The notes under the pieces: model-generated
Told to the model about the DNA's origin: nothing
Database searches by the model: none
What the model saw: the letters and a program-made list of their open reading frames with translations, nothing else
Shown: piece by piece, positions 24,249 to 37,240 of the stretch
Layout of the letters: the number at the start of each line of letters is the position of its first letter
Position numbering within the stretch: position 1 is the stretch's first letter
NCBI GenBank assembly: GCA_029953675.1
Contig: JAMWBK010000002.1
Location: forward strand, 3,100,001-3,164,000
Length of the DNA: 64,000 nt
Direction of reading: 5' to 3'
Source: Rhodosorus marinus CCMP1338
Lineage: Eukaryota; Plantae; Rhodophyta
Made by a program: the position numbers and the translations under genes

Positions 24249-24950
24249 ATGGCCAGTGTAGGGGAGGGACGCTCCGTTCGGGATATTGGAACCATTAACC
24301 GACCTGGTTCACCGATTCCGACTGGAAGTTGTGATCAATTGAAAGTTGACCAGCTGGGCATCTTTCAGAGCGGGGCGTCGTTTGAGAAGTCTTTAGATGA
24401 GGAAATTAGTGAGAGATTAGCAAGGACGGTTTCGTATTTTGAAAATGACAATGCTTCTCTTCAAGTTGCAGCTGGAATGCACAAGAGTACGCCCTTGTCG
24501 AACGTGCAAGACGATCTGTTCGTGTCCGGCGATGATCCACAAGAGAGAGATGAGACGAGGAGCTTGAGTTTTCACGTCAGAAGCATGAGACCAGCCTCAT
24601 CCTTCAAGAATATGTTTGAATGCAAGTCGTTCAAAGGTCCAAGCTTTTCCTTTTCGAGCGGTGGAAAAGTTAGTTCCAGCCGATCTTCGCTGGTTTCAAC
24701 GTTGCCGAGATATAGCAAAACGCAAGGTTCCTTTTATGATCAGTCTACGGCTAATTCGACCACGAGCGACGCCAAGTTCGCGAAGGTTTTCGAGAATGCT
24801 GATGAGGACGATGACGATGATGGAAGTCTGAAGAGCTCCTTGGACGATGAAAGTGATAGCGATGAATCCGTTCCTTCGTCCATATCGGGAGAATTTGAGC
24901 TCTATCGTCAGGTAGAGGACGTACCAAGTGGACCTGACGGTTTCTTGTAG
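24249..24950 (+). CDS. Hypothetical Ser/Asp-rich, probably disordered protein; may have a further 3' exon near 25005-25115
   Basis: 265-codon open frame with an in-frame ATG at 24249, downstream of a G-rich 5' region like those of verified genes. No family motif was recognised. Confidence 0.6.
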   Translation: MASVGEGRSVRDIGTINRPGSPIPTGSCDQLKVDQLGIFQSGASFEKSLDEEISERLARTVSYFENDNASLQVAAGMHKSTPLSNVQDDLFVSGDDPQERDETRSLSFHVRSMRPASSFKNMFECKSFKGPSFSFSSGGKVSSSRSSLVSTLPRYSKTQGSFYDQSTANSTTSDAKFAKVFENADEDDDDDGSLKSSLDDESDSDESVPSSISGEFELYRQVEDVPSGPDGFL

Positions 24951-26954
24951 ACCGGTGAAATTTTTGTCGGAGGAACGATCTCTCGGTGCTCAGCTTCAGT
25001 GCAGAGGAATATTGCTGGCCGGAGATGCGATTTGCTCATGAGCTCGAACGTGAACTTGCTCATGATCGCTCAGATAACGTGGTGGGGAAGGCCCTTGAAT
25101 TTGCGCTCCAGGTCTGATCTGGTGCTGATAGGAAGGAAGTGTTCAGATTGTATTTATGATTACTACAAATTAATTCTATGTCGCTATTACTGAGGGACGT
25201 AATCGGAGAAGCATTGCAAGCCTAGAAATGTAGGGTTTGAATAGGTGGTCGTCCCGCTCAGGTACCGGGATGTCGCTCGAAGATAGTCCTCGCATACCGA
25301 GACGTGGCTCGAATAAGATCCTCAGTAAATAAATAGTGTATTAACTTACTTTTTGACCTGTAGCGAGGTCCTCCCCAAGATGAGGAGCTAGTCCACAAGC
25401 GTGTTCGGCGTTGGTCCAACCAGAACTGGGAAAACAGAGCAAAATTTTGTTTTTCAGTTCTATTCCTCAAAAATCAAAAAGAGCTTTAGTGCCACAGATA
25501 CAGCGAGAATCTGAACCGTTAGGTATTAACACCCAGCGCAGCTGAATGAGAAGAAACCTTCTCACACCGCGCCTGCTTGTGAACGATAACGAATCGAATC
25601 TTAAGTTAAGGGTTCACACTTACATAGATCATCCTCGGAGACCGAAATCTATCCTCAAGAGATAAGCATCATCCGTCCTCATCAGCATCGGGAACGTTGA
25701 ACGCACGCTGCTGTCGATGAGAAGAGCTACGTTATCCTCTTTACTGACCTTCTCAGCGGCCAAAGCCAGACTGTTGCTCCATTGAAGAAACAACCATCGT
25801 CATCAAACACATCCCAACAAAACCAAACTCAATCCGAAAAGGAAGAAGCCATATGAGATGGTTGTCCTGCCAAGGAGATGCTGTACGTTGGGGATTGCGC
25901 ACCTCTCCATCCTCAGGTACCACATCGAAATCCACGACGGTGATGGACTAAACAAGGAGGGGATCATATTCAGTTCAGTTGAACATCATTAGTGCGCTCC
26001 GTATGCAAAGATTTGTAAACTTTGTCAACAACATCCAGGGAACAAAAAATTTGCCTTAGCGTATGGCGGCGGCCACGTTGAACAGAGACAGAGGTTCGTC
26101 TCGTGAAACGAGAAACTCTCGACGGGTATTTCGCTTTTATGTGATTCTTTGTTCTGCTGTCTTTGCCCTGTCCAAGCAAGAGGAATCTGTTCCTTGCCAA
26201 TTCAGAAAACAACAAATAACAGCCCAGAGCAGGTTCGGAGCATAGAAAGAGAGGTTCGCATCGCGTCGGAGCAGTGACTGCTCCGACGTCACGAACACGG
26301 CCGTTTGAGAAGGTCTCAATAGTGTGATTCTCTGTTGCCAGCAAGTGTTTCCCCTTTTGTCTCTGAAAAGAGTGTTGGCGAAGGTGTGTGGGAAAGGCGC
26401 GGGGGAAGCTGAGGAGGAAGGTGAGGGGGCGGGATGGGTTGGGGTGGGACAGTGTAGCTGTTGAGCTGATAATCGGGTTTTTTGAATGATATATATTAAC
26501 GACCAGTTTGGGTAGACTGAATGCTATTGCGGTGTATAGGAGAGGGAGGCTTTGAAGTAGGAAGAAAGGCCGATGTTTATCTCTTTCGTCTTCGGTTTTT
26601 TTTTTAAGTGAGTGGAGACTAAGGGGTTGGGTAGTTTTTGAATAGTCGAGGAAGAGAGAAAGAGGGAGGTGTGCTGTTGGAAAGGGGCTGGAAGAGACGT
26701 CCTCGTGTTTCCTTGGTGGTGTGGCGTTTGCAGCCGTTCGTTTTGGGTTTGAAGAGAGTACGACGGGACGAGGACGGTGTTCGGGGAGGACCGTTTTTGG
26801 CGTGGGGAATGGGAAACATTTTGCTAGGTTTTTAAGGAGCGTTTGGTTTGTTTTTACTGTTGGGAGGGTGGTGGGGGGGGTGGGGGAGGTTGCTCCAAGT
26901 TGCTTGGGGTGGAGGATTGGGTGGGGCTGTACGCCTTGAGAGTTTCTTTTTTTA

Positions 26955-28752
26955 ATGGTTGGTGAGGAGGGTGAAGAGAGGGCAAAGATGGGAGACGAAG
27001 GGATGAATTTTAATGCGACTGGTCAGATTGGGATGGATCTTGATTCAGGTGGTCATGGATTGATGGATCTTGAACAGAATGTTCGAAGCGGGGCGGGTAG
27101 GAATGAGGGTGACGGTGGTACTGCCGCAATGGCGAATTGGGTAGAAGGGGAGGGTAGGTCAAAGGGAGAAGAAAATAGTAGCCGGCCTGCAATAGGACTG
27201 GATAATACTGAGTATACGAAGATGAGAGGATTGATTTGCTCAATTTTGAGGGAATATCGAGCTGAAAATGTTATGTCGGAGAGCTCTAAGATTGTGTACT
27301 TGGACAGTGGACTTGACTTGAGACAAGGTTTCTTCGTCCTCTTAGAGAATGGTGGGTTCAATTTTTTTTGTAGGAACACAGTCAGAACGCTTGTTGTTTG
27401 CCTACATGCATGTTAACGCTTCGGTCTTCTTACTACTGGTCTGGCAACAGGACTGGACTCCGCACCAGTATGGAACTCGACCAAAGGGAAGTTCTTAGCG
27501 ACAATTACGATTTCCGACTTCATAAATTTTTTGTTTTATACGAGCTTCGCAAATCCCCAGGGGATGAACGATCAATACGCGTCCCAGACTATCGGAAACT
27601 GGCTAAGTATGTTATCATCCCGATCGAACTCCCCTTTTTACTAGTGACTGTAGGAAGATTTTAGTTTAGGCTGACGGCCGAGGAGATGCAATTGGAAGAT
27701 TGGTTGATCCTTGATCGACAGCTTGACATTGAAAGGGCAATGTCCATCTCCAGCTGAGTTTCGGCTGAAAACACGGATCTGCTTGCATGTGGTTGGGATG
27801 ACAGCCTTCTTCTTCTGTTGTCGCGAGACTCTAGCAACGCGCTTGATACCCGATGCTCAACTTCGCCGCTTGGATTTCTGATTTTCTTTTTTCTGTCACA
27901 AAATAGACTATGCCACAGAGGGCCGAGAATGGGTGTGGAGACATGTGGAGGCTGATACATCACTGTACGATTCGTGTAGAGTGTTGGCGGATCACTCGCT
28001 CCATTACTTACCGGTCTATTCTAGGGAGTCGAATATGGTAGTTCAGATGCTGACTCACGTGAAGATTCTGGGCTTCCTACGGGAAAACTTGACAACTGAG
28101 AAGCTCATGAAGAAGGCGATGGAGAATGGATCGTCAGAGTATAAACTTATGCAGTCGACCCTTGACAGTCTCGGAATAGGGACCTTCAAGGACCTCGCGG
28201 TACTTGAGTTCTCCACGCTAGTTGTTGATTGCCTCCAGACCATGGCAAGGCGGAGGTTGACTGAGTTGCCGGTCATTGATCCGGAAGGTAGGACTAAATC
28301 TCACTGAGCTCACCCTTGGTTCGTGAAAGTAGAGAGGAACCGTTCGCAAGAGATTATCTCCAGACGGGAGAAACTCATCTAGCGGTCAAAACCTGCGTGT
28401 TTCTAGGAAAATTTGTCGACGTGTTTTCGAGGCATGACGTCTTTGAGTTATCGAAAAGAGACAGGGAAGCGAATTCGAAGATGTCTGTGATTGAAGCGAT
28501 TCATAAGCGCCCAATTGTAAGTCCCCACTGTTTGAATCAAGCGTTTACATCTTGCAGATGCTGACTGGTAAACGCAACAATCCTGTCCAGGACGGGTCTA
28601 TGGGTCACTGTTGCAGAAGGCAGGACTGCCTAGGTGCTATTATTGATGCGTTTGGGAGATTCGAGGTGGAGCGGATGTACTTTGTAAGCGATAAGAATCA
28701 ACTCGAGGGAGTGATATCTCTCAGTGATTTGCTGAGATTCTTCCTGGGATGA
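26955..28752 (+). CDS. SNF4: AMPK/SNF1 gamma subunit (SNF4-like, CBS domains)
   Basis: Exons 26955-27351, 27451-27606, 27907 or 27919-28287, 28407-28516 and 28591-28752 stay in frame. Motifs KIVYLDSGLDLRQGFFVLLENGLDSAPVWNS..TITISDFINFL, LPVIDPEGKFVDVFSRHDV and GVISLSDLLRFF match AMPK-gamma. Confidence 0.9.
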
Positions 28753-29393
28753 AGAGGATCTCTACCCTGAAAGAGGTTCTCTTCCGTAGCGAAGTGGATC
28801 GGAATGACCTTAATGTGAAAGTGGCTGTGCCATTTGCAACCTGCCGTGTTTTGCTCGGATGATTGTAATGATATTGGTTGCGGCAACCGGTGATGTGAAC
28901 TCGGAGAGGAGCACTGATTGTCGTCTGCAGAGATGCACAGCTGCAGATTTTATGTTGTATTTTTCTTTCGTTTTTACGGAAAGAAGGAAACGCTCTTCGA
29001 ATACATCAACGAAGCAGCGTGTGGTGAAAGGAAGTTTGTACAGAGTGATTAAACGAGAATCGGGGCATATACTTGATTACGTGACTCCTTGCAAGAATGG
29101 AGATGAGTGGTAGAACTCAGGATCTTCTAGCGATGCTTACATAGTTGCACTGGTTGAGCGTTGCCCAGAAACCCTGTGCGCACCTGGAGCACTTGATGCT
29201 CCTCATGCTTTTGGGTATCTGCACGGGCCTGGACTTCATTGGTGGCAATTTGCAAGCTAGTTGCTTGCCGTGGCCGCTGGGTCCTTCACGGTCTCGTTTG
29301 CTTGGTTTAGTCTGTCCAACAAAAAAGGTCTATAAAAAAACACAAGTTATTGATCGATAGTCAGGCACAGCTAGGATTGGACTTGTGCCTTCG

Positions 29394-32300
29394 CTAAGAA
29401 GCGGATTCGTGCTGATGAAATTCCTGCTCGAGTTCAAAGTTGATCATTGTGATATCAGGTTGAGATTGGAGTTCATTGCTCAGGACAACTCTCGCACACA
29501 GTTTCATCGCGTAGGCCTTGACAAACGCAGCACTAACGCCAGAGAGTGTCCCTCCACAAACTGGGATTGAAGCGCTCATCCTCAGATGCGAGAACTCCTC
29601 GAGATCAAATCCATCCACATCCGTCTCCGCAATTTGCGCTACCAAAGGCTCCGCAGAGGGTGCACTGCTTTCAGTGACCCTCCCAGTGGACGTGGCGCAA
29701 GAGTCAAAGAAGAAGGACTGCTCGTAGGAAAACTCCGTTACTTGTAGTACTACTCGCAAACAAAAAAGGAAGATTAAGGTTAACAACCCTGTAGGTCCGG
29801 ATGCGTCGGGCACGGAGACGCAGCGCTCAAAACTTGGACTGTCCATGGGCAAGGCTTACACGTTACAAGATCAAGAAACCGGAGCACAGCAGCAGTCTCC
29901 ATGGGGTCGGCAAAAGGCTTTTCCAGAATCCTTATCGTTTCCGTTAGCGTGCTAGCGCGAAAGTGTTTGATGCTCTGTACTCCCGTCCGAAGGAGCAGTA
30001 CTCGAAGGCAAAGAAACGTCTCAACAGTTAGGTTACTGGACCGGACTCTAAGCGCATCCCGCAGCTTCTCCAGCACGCTTGACACCTTTTCACATATTGA
30101 AACGCGAGGAAACCATTCAGTCCTTCGCTCACCGACGGAAAAGCATCTGGGATACTTTTTCGGCGCCAGATAGCCTGCTCTTCAAAGTATTACCTGCACA
30201 TTGAATTGCTGCTCCTCCCCAAAGAACAAGCAGAATGATATTCGTCTAATAACTCTTGCACGGCTCTTCAGGTCGGAGTCCCGGCCCGCGAACACGGCCG
30301 TGATTCCGCCAGCTCCAACTCCCTGATTCTGAGTGGACATTCCGGCGAGTAGGGCCTTGTCCGAGTCAAGAACACAATTCACAGTTTCCGCGAGCGTTCT
30401 TAAGAGGGCGGAACTCTTGCCTTCGAAAAAGGTGGACTCCTCAAGCAGCGCTAACGTTCCCTTCTTGATTGTTTTCAGTGCCCATGGATATCTGCAACAA
30501 CAGAGTCGTGCACGTTAGATTGGAAGCAAACTCCCAAATATTCAGGGAGCGAGAAAGCAGCAGACTTTCTTGGTGTTCCTCACTCGCAGCAAGAGTTCAA
30601 TAGCTTGGCCGCTGCTGACTTGGCGATCTCATCATGGGGGGCCGAGATCGTCTTTCCACTCGTTGGCCTTCGAAGGATTTTAAACGCAGATTCCACTGCC
30701 GGAGCTAACAGGGCTACACCATTTGGTCGGTCATCTTCAAACGCAGAGTCAAGAAGTCTCACTAATGAACTCGCATTCGCAACCAGTGCTTTGGTCATTA
30801 GATGAGCACGCTTCAACGTATCACTTCCATCGCTCCCGACTCCGTTTCCGACACCTTGTTGGGACGTGGGTTTCCTCGTCTCGGCTTTCGATTCTGCCTT
30901 GGTACTGTTCACTTGAGAATCGGAATCCATTTTTCCAATCTCGTTGCACGCGCTTGCTGAGATCGTGGTCGCGTGAGCAAGTTCTTTCCTAAGTCTTCTA
31001 TCGATTATCGACTTGGGAACCGCATATGTGTAGGAAGAAAGCACGTTAAGCGACTCCAAGACTACTGATGCCCGCGGAGTAACAGTTAAGAGTTCCCTAA
31101 CGGTTACGTATATTGTAGGCCAGGAAGCTACGACGTCCGCTTGATATCCACAGGACTCGAGAAAGCATGACAAAAACTCGAGCGACGACGTCTAATCGAT
31201 CAAGAATGATAAACTCAGGAACTCCTCAACCATGGAAGCGAACAAAGTGGCGATCGATTCTCTGACTCACCTGTATGTTTGCAGCATGGAAGTCTGCGAA
31301 GAAATCTCCTGCTGCCAATAGTCCCTTCAGCGAATGTCGTGCAGCGCCATCGGAAGACTCCTGATCCTCTGTGTCGACTCTCTCCTTCAAGGGCCTCCCG
31401 ACTGGATCCTTTCGCATCGCCTGACCCTCTCTTTTCAACTTGCGGTTCTTAGCAGCCACCGCGAGACTGCTGCCCTCGTCCCACCTCAGGGATAGTTCAA
31501 AAACATCACAAACCGCCGCCGTAACCGACTCCGAAGTAGCTCCAGGAATGGCTAGAAGCAGGTCGATTGCGTTACGGCCTTCTGGTCGGTCTCTCCAGCT
31601 TGTTCCCGGATACTTAATCCGGTTTTGATACCAAAGCGCTATGAACGAAGCAGCCAAGTCGCACGGGTGACGCCGCAGAATGGGCTCAAGACAAGACATA
31701 ATCGCCGCCTTTTTAGATGTCAACCTTTCCGTGGAGTGGTAACCTTGCGACATGTCGCGTTTCCAAGAGGTCCACACATTTACACAGCACGATACAACAC
31801 GTGGGAGAATCGAGAAGACGCTCTGAATTGTCTCGTGCCTTGGATCAATAGTTCTTATTCCCTGTTCAGGCCCCACCCCAATGATCATGTCCTTCAAATC
31901 TGTCAGCAGCTTCAAAGGGTTCAGAGAAGAAGCCTCTGCGGGAGCTGATCCAGCTGGTTCTTTCGACATTCTCCTGTTCACGGATGACTCTCCGTTTCGC
32001 TGATCGTCCTCCAGAAGAGCATTGGTCTTTTCCTTCTCGCGAACATACTCCTCAAAGCTCGCGAGTGTGGTTCTTAGCAGCTCAGCGAGGCCGTTGAAAA
32101 GAACGAGCCGATTGTCCGCGAATGTTGCGAACGAGCCCAATGCGCTGTTGTGGGGTTGGCTGTTTCCCGATTCACTCAGTAGGAGCGATTCATTTTCTAT
32201 CAACTGCGTGATCTCGTTGATAGCAGAGGTCATATAGTTCTCCAATCCAGCTTCCAAGAACTGCGACGAGTTCTGGAAGAAAGATATCCATCGCCTGAGA

Positions 32301-35300
32301 AGTCCGGAAGAGTCACGACCAGTTCTCACGCCCCGTGCAGACAGCCTTAAGCCACGAAGTATGGTAGGGAGAAACAGCCCAGATGCCTCGGCAGCCGTCC
32401 AAGCCCGCTTTTCTGGAATCGAAAAGTTCCCAAGAAAATTCAGCAGAGTTCATTTGCTTCTTCTGCGTGGATTATTGCTGTGGGTTGTCCCACTTTCAGT
32501 ACCTCGCAATGTTCGATCTTCAGTTGTCTCCTGTTCAAACGGACTTCCTTCAGCAACAAGAAGCGCCTCCAGCGCATCAAGAAGGTGGAATTGAATGACA
32601 AAGTCCCGCTTGTCAATGGACTGGGCCAGTAGGTTGAGGACCACATCCGCAACAATCATCGCGTACTGGTTGGTGTGGTGAAAAGGAATCTTCACAGTGT
32701 AGAGTAGTGTAGCGAGTAGTTCAGCGGCTGACGCTGAAACTGCTGCGTGCTGAGTTTTGAACGAACTGGTCCCTGGCCCGCCGACTATCCCTTGCTGTCC
32801 GTTCTGCCCAAGAATTGCCGTCGAGAAGCCGAAACAAGAAATCCACGAATTTAGAACAACGCTAGTGTGCGCCTGCGTGATTCAGCAACTCACATCGCTC
32901 TCAGACATGTGCTCGGGAACTTTTGCCCGTATGAACCCCAACGCAATTATGGCAATAGCGTGTACGTTTGATGGAGCTGGAAGAAGTTCTCCCAATGATA
33001 CATAGCTCGGATCATCGTTTGCGGTTTCTCCGCCATACAATGCGGCGAGGCCTGCAGCAGTAGAGGCAGATGGCTTTGCAGTTTCCAGGGTTGAGATAAC
33101 TCCTTTTCGAGATCGGGAACACAGCTCCGCAGTTTTCTGCATCACAGTTTGCAGCGTCGAGAATGCATACAAAGCGCGGGGAGCGTCATAGTACGTTACG
33201 TATTCATGCGTGCCTTCGTTTATGGAAGCTGCCAGATGGTTATCGTCAGAACCTGAGGGGCGAGCAACATTGTCCGAGTCCAAGCTGCTTCGCGGAGAAA
33301 CTTACTCTCAGGGCCCAACAGGAGATGCAGAGGCTGATCGCATACGGTCACTGGGTCCAGGTACAATGCATCCGTCAACCACATGCTGGCGATCATCCTA
33401 TCTGTTCGGTTGCTGTCGACTAGGGCATCGAGCATCAAGAGCAGACCGCAGTCATGTCCTGCCCGATCAAGGTGGTGCTCCACGACTATTTCGCAAGTAC
33501 AGCAAGTTTGGTTAGTTGGTGAAAAAAGTTGGACGCTTCTGGTGCTAATTTCCGCCTTTCCACTTTGCCGCTTGCGAGTGGCATTTTTTGACTTACCTAA
33601 TCTCCACAAGCGCCCATATCGTTCCAAATTTCGAGACCTCCGATTCTCTACCGGCGATAGCATCCCGTCGGCCATGACCGCTGATGCTTGAGTGGGAAAG
33701 CGGGCCTCAAGGCTCATCCACAGCTCGGCTGCCGTCAGGTTTGAGCTCGGCAGTTCAGGATGAAACATTCGCCAACATCTAAACCCGATCATCTCCGCCC
33801 GCTCCTCACAGAATTCGGAGTCATTGCTTCCAACCCGACTTGCTAGTTCCAGAAACGCTCCAGCACCTGCGATGCAGATTCTCGTACTCTTCGCCTTTGC
33901 GCATTTCACCACCGTATCAACCAACTGGTTCTTCGAATCCGTACTATCCACCAGCCTCGACAGAGCGATTACCAAAGTACAGCCCCTAACAGAAGCTAAG
34001 GACGTCTGTTCCTCTTCATTTCGCGATTCCTGCATTGACCTCTCGCAACGCTCTTCTTCCATGGGGTCAACCTGTACGAACACAACGCAAAACAGAGCAT
34101 ATTATCACGAGCTAATTTCAGCGACGTGCTCTTGCTCACGGTTCCTCCAGGTCTAGCCACTGACAAATACTCCTACCGAATCATAATCCTTCCACAGTAT
34201 ACTCGCGGCTGGGGTAACGTGTTCATCCAGCCAGTTCCCAAAGAAAGTGCAAAAGGAGAGCAGAACTGGCGCCCTCTCAGCTGAATACCCCGACTCTCCT
34301 AAGTTCTGGGGCTGGAGTGCGTTGCAAGCAAGGATACAGAAAGAAAGCGCTGATCGGAGGCACTCGACATCTTCAGCAACGGATGGCATTTCGGATACGC
34401 AGATCTCGATCACCGCCCACAGCATTAGACTCGCCGCAGTCCTTTCCTCCTTCAAGATCGAACGCGCCACAAAAAAAATTCAGTGAGCAACCCGCAAAAA
34501 GTTGCTACCAGGAGGTGTTGGTGACTCCTACCTCTTCGAACACCAAGTAGCTCAGTCCGAAGGAAGATCGCTTGAAATCTGCGTCTGTGAACTTGCCGCC
34601 TTCTGCGACTATCGATTTCATTGTCGCCAAGAGCTGCCCAAGAATAAGAAGCGGCGATAAATATTCCACAAACCTACTCATCGGACCGTCTACATCGGTA
34701 TCTTTGCTGAAGTCTCTTGCTGCAACTCCATAGGTCATGGTCATCCATGTCACTCGGTCTGCTGCAACGTTCAGAATCGCCTCGTTATCGAAGAGGGACA
34801 GTACGAGCTTCACAGTCTTTACAAACGGTTTCGGACTTTGCTGTAGATGCACCTCCTCAAAGAGGCTCGTGAGAGCTTCGACGGTTGGTAGTAACGATTT
34901 TTCTCTGGATATCAAAACGGCGAAGACAGGCGAAGGATTAGGATCTTCCCTCGAGCGATGTTGAAGGCAGATTGTGTGGTAGCGACTTACTTGAAGTAAG
35001 ACTCCCAGCGGTCCTCCTCAGGACCGCAGAGCCAAGCGTATACTCTTTTCTTCAAGCTGACGTCGTTTCGAGAGATGGATAATATGGCTTTTGTGACGAC
35101 CTGAGCTCTCAGCTTACCGAGGTGATGGCTATCGGGAGGCACATAGTTAATCAAAAAGTCCAGGACATTTCTCTGTACTAGAGGGTCCTTCTCCGTAAGC
35201 GCCGCTGCAATGGCCGGCGCGACGATTTCTGGCGGAGGGAGGGGAACGGTTTCTCTCCGATAGCAATGGGTCAGGAAAGCAAGCGCGGGAATTCGATTGG

Positions 35301-35966
35301 GAGCGAGCAGAAGAGCGCGCCAGATAGATACAGAAAACCTGATATCATCGGCAACAATAGACTGAAGATCTGCGAGGAGCTTCAGAACGATTGAGTAGAA
35401 TTCCGAAGTCTCGTCCTCGAGACCCGGTAGCAAAGCCAGAACCAATCCATCCAGTACGTTGTGCAGGTCCGGACCAACGGGTAGGAAGTACTCCGCATAC
35501 AGAGAAAGGAGATCCCTTTTCACAGGCGTAGAGGAGTTGGAAAGCAGAGGAAACAGACCAGAAGAGTAAATATATAGACTTTTCCCCAGCTCCTTCGGTC
35601 CAAGTCTCGTGAATACGTTTCTGTACGTCTCCAACGCCTTCAGGTGAACGCCTAACAGTTGATATGGTCAAGAGCGAGTTGAGGGGCTTGGGTGTGTGCT
35701 CCGGGATGTGATGGCATGAGCTTACCACTCTGAAACGATGAGTCTAGACATTGCGCTAGTCTTTTACCGAGAAGCAAACTTTCGGGAATAACCGGTCCTG
35801 CGTTTTCATGCCTCTTCAGAACGTCGTTGAGCCTCTGTAGATAACGGATCAAATCTGCCCAGTCAGCAGCACGATCGAACGAAGACAGAGCGGACACTAG
35901 ATCCGCTCGAAACGCTTTGAACGATTTCTTAGACGCTAGCGCTTCATAGTCGCCCTCACCACTCAT
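29394..35966 (-). CDS. DOP1: Dopey/DOP1 (Mon2-interacting Golgi-endosome trafficking protein), multi-exon
   Basis: Dopey_N motifs FDRAADWADLI, KRLAQCL..GVHLKALETY, YSSGLFPLL and LALLPGLEDE. C-terminal motifs FLCLRVLLLR..FLDL and FELEQEF. Successive minus-strand ORFs are joined by GT-AG introns (e.g. 35725-35652, 34990-34905, 34176-34072). Not all internal junctions were resolved. Confidence 0.92.
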
Positions 35967-36307
35967 CGCCGAGCTGGGTAAAAAAGCAACTCCACGCCTA
36001 GCGCGGAGCTCTTAACCAACCCCAAACCCGGATTCCGTCGAGGTTTCTGACCACAAATCCAAAACACTAAGACCAAACTTGTCCTGAATGATTCAGATTT
36101 TGATCCATATTGAACTTGTTTGTGTTTCCCTTACCAAACGAAATAAGTCTAAATGGAAAGTCTTCATCAAAATTACCCTTGCAAAGCTGCTGTCCGCAAG
36201 TCAATCCCTCTCAGTAGGTTTTCTGGTGAACGAGTGGACTTGTGGGAGTGGCATAGTCTGGCATTGAGCATATGCCTATTTCGTCGGGCTTCTTGTCTAT
36301 CTTTCTA

Positions 36308-36537
36308 GAATCCTTAGTGAAGACAACCATATCAGTAGATTTAGTATTCATGTCTGCTCTTTTGGAATCCTTAGTGAAGTCAATCATGTCAGTTGGTTTT
36401 CCTTTTGCACTAATGACCGACTTTGTGATTGCGCAGCCTGGCATTGAGTATGGAGGCGGTTCCTTCCGCCATCTTGTCTGTTCGCGGATAGTCGAGTGTT
36501 CTTTTCTCGCTTCCTTGCATCCTTAGAGAAGTCAATC
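36308..36537. repeat. Degenerate direct repeat (57-bp period, plus a third distal copy)
   Basis: GAATCCTTAGTGAAG.CAA.CAT.TCAGT at 36308 and 36365, and GCATCCTTAGAGAAGTCAATC at 36517. The minus strand encodes (M/W)(I/V)(D/V)F(T/S)KD(S/A)(K/R). Confidence 0.75.
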
Positions 36538-37240
36538 CATGGAACTAGTGAATGTACAAGGACGGTTCGAGCGTTTCGGAATTGATCAGATCCGTTGCGC
36601 TGCCTTTACTGTTTGTAGTCAGCTGTAACTAGTCTTATCTGACTTTCAACTTCAATTGAATTTTGTGAACATGACATTTTCTTTCGGTTTTTCATGTTTT
36701 GAAGAGCCCTTGAACGGGTTTGAGGAGTTGCGGCTTGGGAGTCAGGTATCGAACGCACCCTTGTCATCTCCTTGCCCCAACTAGTCCTATTCCTTAACAA
36801 TCTCGTTAATTATACCCCACGCCGTGATGATTTTGCCCACATTCCCCTGCGTTCTTTTACTTGCTTTGACGCGGGCCAGCCTTGAAGCGCTTTCTCTGTA
36901 GTGAATTCTAGCTTCAACTCCCCAAACTGGTACTGGGCAACCTGCTGGTTGCCATTGTCCGTTGAAATGATTCCGCAAAAAGATACTTACATGCGCTTTG
37001 TAGGAGTGCAGACCAGCTCGATTGATTGCTTCCTCTGAACCCTTGCTCGAAACGGTCTCTGAGTGTTTTCGCTGTTGCAAGCCTTAGATGACCGACCATC
37101 AAGGATTCAATGGTTTCGCATTTATTAAAACAAGTCAAAAGGTACTATTGGTTTGTCTACTGTTGGATACTCAAATAAAAATACACCTATTATGCTGTTT
37201 CTGTAACTACAACTAGCGAAAGCGGAACCCCCGATTCGTA

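Noticed and set aside
25750-26344. Minus-strand ORF fragments between the 24249 gene and SNF4
   Set aside because: The frames are inconsistent and no domain was recognised, so they are left unannotated.
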